Below, in pieces: positions 35,212 through 40,547 of a stretch of DNA of 40,547 bases (within the stretch, counting starts at the first letter, position 1; each line of letters starts with the position of its first letter). The stretch is taken from positions 1 through 40,547 of IMG/VR virus record IMGVR_UViG_3300049792_000058, one strand, 5' to 3'. The notes beneath the pieces were generated by a model. That model had not been told where the DNA came from. It saw nothing but the letters and a program-made list of their open reading frames with translations, and searched no databases. Source of the stretch: a virus. Lineage: Duplodnaviria > Caudoviricetes. The translations under genes were made by a program, and so were the position numbers.

Positions 35212-35747
35212 TGCCCGATGAGCCCCAGGATGGGATCGATGAACGGCGCGAGGTTCGGGAATTGCTGGGTGAGACCATGTAGCACCAGGACCGCCAGGCC
35301 CGCATACGCGCCGTACTTGGTGCCCTTCAGCAGCCCGCCGCCCACCTTCTGGGCCGTGGTCTTCTCGATGGCCGCGATGCGCGGGGCGTGGTCGTCCTCG
35401 AGCTGGTGCCGGAGCAGCGCCATCTCTTCGTGGATGGCGCTCAGCTTTTCGCGGGTCGCCGTGCCGTGCCCGTCGATCTGTAGTGCCATCTGGCTCTGGC
35501 GCGCCACGACCTGGCTCTGGCTCGCGAGCACCTGTTCGAGCTTGCCCGCCTGGGCCGCGATCTGGGCCGATAGCTGCTCGATGGGAGAGAGCCGCTCGCG
35601 GGTCAGCCCGAAGGGCTCGGCGGGGGGAGAGCCGATTCTGGGGGTACGGAGCGGCCTGAGCTTCTGTAGCCCGCTCACCTCACCCGGGAGGTCCTCCGGA
35701 CCGTCCGCGCCCGGCGGGCGCTTCACCGGGCCGCCGGGGCCGCTCAC
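35208..35747 (-). CDS. Coiled-coil protein with C-terminal membrane segment, possibly holin-like (179 aa)
   Basis: Directly upstream of the endolysin; YGAYAGLAVLVLHGL hydrophobic segment. Confidence 0.55.
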   Translation of the reverse strand: MSGPGGPVKRPPGADGPEDLPGEVSGLQKLRPLRTPRIGSPPAEPFGLTRERLSPIEQLSAQIAAQAGKLEQVLASQSQVVARQSQMALQIDGHGTATREKLSAIHEEMALLRHQLEDDHAPRIAAIEKTTAQKVGGGLLKGTKYGAYAGLAVLVLHGLTQQFPNLAPFIDPILGLIGQ

Positions 35748-36034
35748 GGTGCCCCTCCGTCCCCGACCGCCTGGCGCTCGCACGCGCGCAGCCGCTCGAT
35801 GACGTCGACCGCGTCGTAGACCGTGGCCATCCGCGGGTCGCCGGGCAGGACGCTGAGGCTCGACAACTGGCACCGGATGAGCGCCGGGATCTCCTGGACG
35901 GGAGGCAGCGGGGTGCTCGAGCAGCCGACCGCGAGCGCGCCCACGGCGGCGCCCACGACGAGGCCCAGACCGAGCGCGAGCAGCGAGCGGAAGAGCAGAG
36001 CCGGAACTACAAACGCAGGCTGATGGGTCACCAT
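35744..36034 (-). CDS. Lipoprotein, possibly spanin-like (96 aa)
   Basis: AAGGAGG RBS; signal peptide ending in lipobox-like LAVG-C; Pro and Cys in the mature part. Confidence 0.6.
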   Translation of the reverse strand: MVTHQPAFVVPALLFRSLLALGLGLVVGAAVGALAVGCSSTPLPPVQEIPALIRCQLSSLSVLPGDPRMATVYDAVDVIERLRACERQAVGDGGAP

Positions 36035-36160
36035 GTAGGCGGGACCTCCTTGACTGGACAACGTACTATACGGGTGCTCATGGGTCAATTTGCGCCGGTG
36101 CTCTGGTGTTCAGTCCGCGCTAGTCACCGCCGGCCGATGGGGGGTACTCTGTCGCCCGTT

Positions 36161-36261
36161 GGCTTCGGCGCCGTCGCCTGCTCTCGGGGTAACCCCCTAC
36201 CTGCCCCCCGAGTAGAAACGGACGCGGGCACCCTCCCCGTGTCTTCTGCGGCGCCGAAGCC
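36161..36261 (-). ncRNA. Candidate structured RNA upstream of the lysis cassette
   Basis: Perfect 13-bp inverted repeat GGCTTCGGCGCCG(36161-36173)/CGGCGCCGAAGCC(36249-36261) enclosing two inner stems. Confidence 0.4.
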
Positions 36262-36274
36262 CGCGGTTGCCGCA

Positions 36275-36601
36275 TCAGGCAACGTCAACCGTGCCCGAGC
36301 CCACGCAGATGGGCACGCCGGTCACGCCCGTGGTGCTCAGCTGTAGGATGGTCGTCCCGGTCACGTTCCACCCGGGGTACAGGATGATCTGCTGAGGGCC
36401 AGCGGGCACCGCTTGTTCGAGCGTGCGTGTCGTGGTGCCGTCCGTGCCCATCGATAGGCGCACGTGGGTGGCAAGGGCTCCAGCGGGCGTCGCGATCGTG
36501 AACGACTCCAGGCGCGCGACCGTGTTGACCAGGTTCGTGAACACGGTAGCCGCCGTGGTGCTGGCCGCCGTCGGCCCGAAGAAAGAGATGCGTTTAGCCA
36601 T
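36275..36601 (-). CDS. Small putative virion/tail protein (108 aa)
   Basis: AGGA RBS; Thr/Ala/Gly-rich β-type sequence downstream of the fibre gene. Confidence 0.7.
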   Translation of the reverse strand: MAKRISFFGPTAASTTAATVFTNLVNTVARLESFTIATPAGALATHVRLSMGTDGTTTRTLEQAVPAGPQQIILYPGWNVTGTTILQLSTTGVTGVPICVGSGTVDVA

Positions 36602-36673
36602 TGGGTTGTTCCTATGTGTGCCGTGCCGAAGTGGCACCGTTGCGCGGGGGATTGCGCGCGGTCATGCTGGTGA

Positions 36674-36874
36674 ATGCGTGTTGCACTGGTGGGACTGGTG
36701 ATGGGGCTCGTGGCGTGTGGCGGGGCGGCGGGCTCGCTCGCCGAGCAGGAGACGGGCGACGCCGGGCAAGCGGCGCCGGACGCGGGCGCCGAGCGGCAAT
36801 GCCAGACGCTCATCTACAACCCCCGCACGGGCTACCGTGAAGAGTGGGGCCCGTGTAGTGCGCTCGGGCGTTAA
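36674..36874 (+). CDS. Small lipoprotein on the opposite strand (66 aa)
   Basis: MRVALVGLVMGLVA-C lipobox; two further Cys; fills the gap after the fibre gene. Confidence 0.55.
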   Translation: MRVALVGLVMGLVACGGAAGSLAEQETGDAGQAAPDAGAERQCQTLIYNPRTGYREEWGPCSALGR

Positions 36875-39800
36875 GGTCCGCCATACCGCACGCTCGCGAA
36901 CTTGAAGCCGATGTCGAAGCGGTCGACGTCGAACGCCTTTTCCCCGGCGGCCGCGTTGTGCAGCCAGAATACGGGAGTGACGGCGCCGCTCGTCGCGACT
37001 CCCGTCGTCGTGCCGAGATTGCTACCGTTCAGGATGACGGTCCACGTCCCGCCGCCTTCGTTGATGAGCGAGCAGTCCACCCATTCGCCCGACACGGCCG
37101 TATGTCCCGTGCCGAAGCTCGTCGCGCTGCCGGCGTTGACGTCGCGAATTTGCCATGTGCCCGTCGTGGTTAGCTTGAAGAGCACGAGCCCGGTGTTGCC
37201 GAGCAGAGGGGTGTTGCCCGTCAAGTCCGTATCCACGCAGCTCGCGACCAGCCCGATGCCGTGGCGGACGTTGGTGAGCGTGATGGTGGCCCGCACGATG
37301 AAGTGCAGGTAGGCAACGTCGGCGATGTCGAACGTCGCGGGCGACGCCGACGAGCCCCCCGGCGTGACGCGCGGGATGTTGCCGCTCGTGCTCGTGTCGA
37401 TGCGCACGACACCCGGGTGCGGGGCGGCGCCCTCGCTGATGCCGGAATAAGTGCCGTCGCTGCTGTTGACGAGTTGCCAGAGGTATTTGCCGACGTGGGC
37501 CGACGCCGTGAGAAAGGCCGCGTCTTCGCCGAGAAACTCTTCGCTAAAGAAGTAGTCGAAGCCGACCCACTCGCGCCCGTTGTACGCGAGCACGGCGCCG
37601 CTCTGCCGATCGGTGGGCGTGACGACCGCGAGCGCTTGGGCTGGGGTGAGGTCGGTGGGGTCGCCCGTGCCGGCGCCGTTGGCGCGCCCGCTGATGGTGC
37701 CTTCGGCCATGTTGGCGCGCTTGGCGTTGGTGACGACGTCGTTGTCGATGGTCCAGACCGTGCCGCTCGACGAGACGGTGATGTCGCCCTTGTCTCCGTC
37801 GGTGACGCCCGTGAGACTGGAAGCAATGGTGACATCTGCCTCGTCATCGGTGGAGTCGCCCGCCAGGGTGATGGTGACGCCGGTGCCCTCGATGAGATTG
37901 AGTCGGCCGCGCACCACGTCGGTGCCCGTCGAGTTTTTCCGCACACGGAGCGGGCGACTGATGAGCTGAAAGCGTCCGCCGATATACTGCACGTCGACCG
38001 AGTCGTTGGCGGCCGTCAGCACATAATCTGCGTCGTTCGGCAGCACGAGCTGGTTGGCAGCGACCGAGCCCGTCGCGTGCTTGAGCACGAGCCGCCCCGT
38101 CGCCCCTTGCTTGAAGAGCCGAAAGAACGTGCCCGTGTTGCCCGCGCTGAATGCGAAACCCGTAATGTTGAGGTCGCCCGCGCTCGACACGGCGACCCGC
38201 ACGAGCTTGACGCCGTCGTTGACCGCCTGGTCGTTGATGGTGGCGGGCGCGTTGGTAATCTGTAGGAACGTGTCGTATTTGACGTTGCCCCCGAGCTCGA
38301 CGCCGGTGAGCGCCTTGGGCACGCCCGTGCCGGCGAGCGAGTCGCGCCCAATGGTCGTGCCGGCGGCCAGGTTCGCTTGTTTGGCGAGGGTCACCGCCGC
38401 GTCGACGAGCATGCTGGTCTGAATGGCGTCATCCGCAACGGCGTCGTTCACCCAGATCCATCGGTTCCCGAAATAGACGAAGATTGCCGTCTGCCGGTGC
38501 CCCGAGCCGAGCACGAGCGGGGTACTGTTTTGAGAGAAGTTGGCGAGGCGAAAGCGCTCGGCGGTCGACGCCGCGCTCGACGAGTCCTGCACGAGCGTGG
38601 TCGAGCCCGAGCCGATGTGCTGGATGACGATGAACTGCCCCGACTCGGTCGGCACCGTCATGCCGTGGATGGTGTTGGTGACGCCGTTAAACGTGATGAG
38701 GTTCGTGTTGCTGGCGACGGCATAAGTGGTGACCGTGCCGGTCGTGGTCGTGTCGCCGATCTCGGTGACGAGGCGCAGGATTGAGCCGACTTGCGCGCCG
38801 GTGAGGTCTTGCGGATCGCCCGTGCCGGCGGAGTCGGCTCGGCCCTTGATGCGGCGCGCGACCATGCTCGCGAGGTCGGCGTTCGTGACCACGCCCGGGT
38901 TGATGGTGACGGTGTTGCCTCCCCCCGAGAGGGTGACGTCGCCCTTGTTCCCGTCGGAAAGGCCCCCGCCGCCAGGCATGAAATCGAGGGTGTCGCCATC
39001 GGCGCCCGGTGGCCCTTGCTGGCCAACGGCGGCGACCGTGCTGCTCCCCCCGAGCACCAGGACCATGTCGGCGTCCGGGGCATCGCTCCCGTCGTAGCCC
39101 GGTGGCCCTTGTCCGCCGGGCGGTCCTTGCCCACCCACTGCCCCTGGGAGAGGCATGAAGTCCGGGCTCTCGCCATCGGGTCCGGGCGGCCCTTGCGTGC
39201 CGTTGAGCCCCGGCGTGCCCGGCTGCCCCGGGATGCTCTGGCCATCGGCGCCTGGCTCGCCTTCGAAGCCGGGCGGCCCCTGGCCCCCCGCTGGCCCCTG
39301 GCCGCCCTGCTGCCCCGTTTGCCCCGGCTCACCCGGCTCCCCGGGTTGCCCATCCTGGCCCGGTGGGATGAGCCCGAGGAGCGCATGGAGCGGGATGTCC
39401 TGAGCGTCCGCGGTGACGCCGTCCAGATTGCCCTTGAAGGTGTGCCCAGGCATCTGGGCCAACAACGGGTTGGTGATGCCGTGGGCGGCGATGCGGATAG
39501 CGCCCGCGCCATCGAACTCGATGGGCGCAGTGACCGCGATCTCCTCCACCGCGCCCGTGCCCGGCGTGTCGCGCCCGAGCAGATGGTCGGTGCTGACGCC
39601 GGTGACCACGATGGACGTGTCGGCGGGGGGCTGCTGGTAGTTCGTGTCGGAATCCGGCACGAACTCATAAGCGCCGAGCTGGGTGATGACGTGCGCGTTG
39701 CCCGCGGGGTCGACCACCGTGAGCGGGCTGGCCACATCGGTGACGATGATGGTGATGGGGTCGTTGAGCTCGCCGAGGCCCGGCGGGAGCAAGTTCAGGA

Positions 39801-40050
39801 TCTGACCGTCGGCCACGCCCTGGACGATCTGCCCGGGGCGCAGATCCATGCTCTCCATGAGCGGAGCGCGCGAGCGCGCCGCGCCCTGGCGCATCAGCTC
39901 ATCATAGATGCCCTGGAGCGCGCCCTTGATGACGCGGGCCGCGTCGGGAGGGATACCGGGGATGTACGCCGGCACCTGCCAGGCCAGGCGCGTCGGGGTG
40001 TAGCCCGGGAGGTTGAGCGCTGGGCGCGGGTGGTCGCACTCGATGGCCAC
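36871..40050 (-). CDS. Tail fibre with collagen-like Gly-X-Y segments and repeated shaft modules (1059 aa)
   Basis: Gly-X-Y runs at about 38990-39365; repeats of VT.A..A.M...T..GR....GTG.P..LT and DG.KGD.T.S; β-rich C-terminal domain. Confidence 0.8.
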   Translation of the reverse strand: MAIECDHPRPALNLPGYTPTRLAWQVPAYIPGIPPDAARVIKGALQGIYDELMRQGAARSRAPLMESMDLRPGQIVQGVADGQILNLLPPGLGELNDPITIIVTDVASPLTVVDPAGNAHVITQLGAYEFVPDSDTNYQQPPADTSIVVTGVSTDHLLGRDTPGTGAVEEIAVTAPIEFDGAGAIRIAAHGITNPLLAQMPGHTFKGNLDGVTADAQDIPLHALLGLIPPGQDGQPGEPGEPGQTGQQGGQGPAGGQGPPGFEGEPGADGQSIPGQPGTPGLNGTQGPPGPDGESPDFMPLPGAVGGQGPPGGQGPPGYDGSDAPDADMVLVLGGSSTVAAVGQQGPPGADGDTLDFMPGGGGLSDGNKGDVTLSGGGNTVTINPGVVTNADLASMVARRIKGRADSAGTGDPQDLTGAQVGSILRLVTEIGDTTTTGTVTTYAVASNTNLITFNGVTNTIHGMTVPTESGQFIVIQHIGSGSTTLVQDSSSAASTAERFRLANFSQNSTPLVLGSGHRQTAIFVYFGNRWIWVNDAVADDAIQTSMLVDAAVTLAKQANLAAGTTIGRDSLAGTGVPKALTGVELGGNVKYDTFLQITNAPATINDQAVNDGVKLVRVAVSSAGDLNITGFAFSAGNTGTFFRLFKQGATGRLVLKHATGSVAANQLVLPNDADYVLTAANDSVDVQYIGGRFQLISRPLRVRKNSTGTDVVRGRLNLIEGTGVTITLAGDSTDDEADVTIASSLTGVTDGDKGDITVSSSGTVWTIDNDVVTNAKRANMAEGTISGRANGAGTGDPTDLTPAQALAVVTPTDRQSGAVLAYNGREWVGFDYFFSEEFLGEDAAFLTASAHVGKYLWQLVNSSDGTYSGISEGAAPHPGVVRIDTSTSGNIPRVTPGGSSASPATFDIADVAYLHFIVRATITLTNVRHGIGLVASCVDTDLTGNTPLLGNTGLVLFKLTTTGTWQIRDVNAGSATSFGTGHTAVSGEWVDCSLINEGGGTWTVILNGSNLGTTTGVATSGAVTPVFWLHNAAAGEKAFDVDRFDIGFKFASVRYGGP

Positions 40051-40053
40051 GGG

Positions 40054-40547
40054 TCACCGCCGACGCCGGGACGCGCCCGCGCGCCGGGGCTGGATGGGCC
40101 CCGCGCGGTTGATGCGGGTGATGTTGGTGATGATGCGGAGCTTGCAGGCATCGCGCTCCCGGACCGCTTTCTGGTCCTGTGAGGGGTCCATCTCGTCATC
40201 CTTGAACAGCGCCATGATGGTGGCATTCCAGAGCGCCCACTGGATCCAGTCCCCATCGAAGCCCTGGACGATGTCCGTCCCCGCCAGGAGCTCGGGGTAG
40301 GCCGCCAGGTACTGGATGCGGTAGCTCAGCCCGAGCGTGTTGCAGGGGTAGATCTGAATCTTGCCGCCGGTCGTATCGAGCGCCGAGCTCGATGGCGTGC
40401 TCTCCTTCGGCACGGAGCGGATGAGGAACGCCGCGGGCAACCCGCCGTTGTCCCCAGCGCGAAAGTCCCGGCGCTCCGCCAGGCTCATCGTGTCGAGCGG
40501 GTACCAGACGGAGCCGTTGTTGACGTCGACCCCGTGGATCTCGGTGG
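40054..40547 (-). CDS. Head-tail adaptor-like protein, 3' part (continues from 1-374)
   Basis: In frame with the GTG at 374 across the circular junction; IQIYP..YRIQY motif. Confidence 0.65.
   Translation of the reverse strand, partial: TEIHGVDVNNGSVWYPLDTMSLAERRDFRAGDNGGLPAAFLIRSVPKESTPSSSALDTTGGKIQIYPCNTLGLSYRIQYLAAYPELLAGTDIVQGFDGDWIQWALWNATIMALFKDDEMDPSQDQKAVRERDACKLRIITNITRINRAGPIQPRRAGASRRRR
40421..40547. repeat. 127-bp terminal direct repeat, copy 2
   Basis: Identical to bases 1-127. Confidence 0.95.

Noticed and set aside
17291-40182. Long plus-strand ORFs opposite structural genes (e.g. 18929-20086, 26734-27960, 29520-30974, 38791-40182)
   Set aside because: Antisense shadows expected at high GC, with no motifs and fully overlapping better-supported genes.
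40421-40547. 127-bp terminal repeat as a biological direct terminal repeat
   Set aside because: It falls mid-gene and matches a common assembler k-mer length, so it indicates circular assembly and not virion DNA ends.
1-40547. CRISPR array, diversity-generating retroelement, retron, DNA or RNA polymerase, tape measure
   Set aside because: No regularly spaced repeat-spacer array, reverse transcriptase or polymerase motifs, or long-tail gene set were found by eye.

Overview
The window is a complete, circular, GC-rich temperate phage genome of about 40,420 bp. Bases 40421-40547 repeat bases 1-127 exactly, and one gene runs across that junction. The virion genes look podovirus-like: major capsid, portal, scaffold, adaptor, nozzle, three large ejection proteins, a collagen-containing fibre, and no tape measure or sheath. 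The host is probably a diderm, and I infer Myxococcota (Polyangiaceae-like). Main observations: (1) attP, the 3' half of a tRNA-Lys(UUU), lies inside the integrase ORF between four 11-bp arm repeats, so integration should swap the Int C-terminus and cut the replication/modification genes off from their upstream promoter region; (2) one protein fuses a FEN/PolI-type 5'-3' nuclease to a RecT/Redβ-like annealase; (3) a minimal QueC plus TGT/DpdA-like pair sits with two DNA methyltransferases; (4) an ADP-ribosyltransferase domain lies inside a putative ejection protein; (5) there is a tandem GroES-like co-chaperonin; (6) head and packaging genes are scattered, and the inverted TerL lacks its Walker A lysine; (7) two intergenic regions look like structured RNAs. 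All calls come from reading motifs by eye; no searches or folding programs were run.
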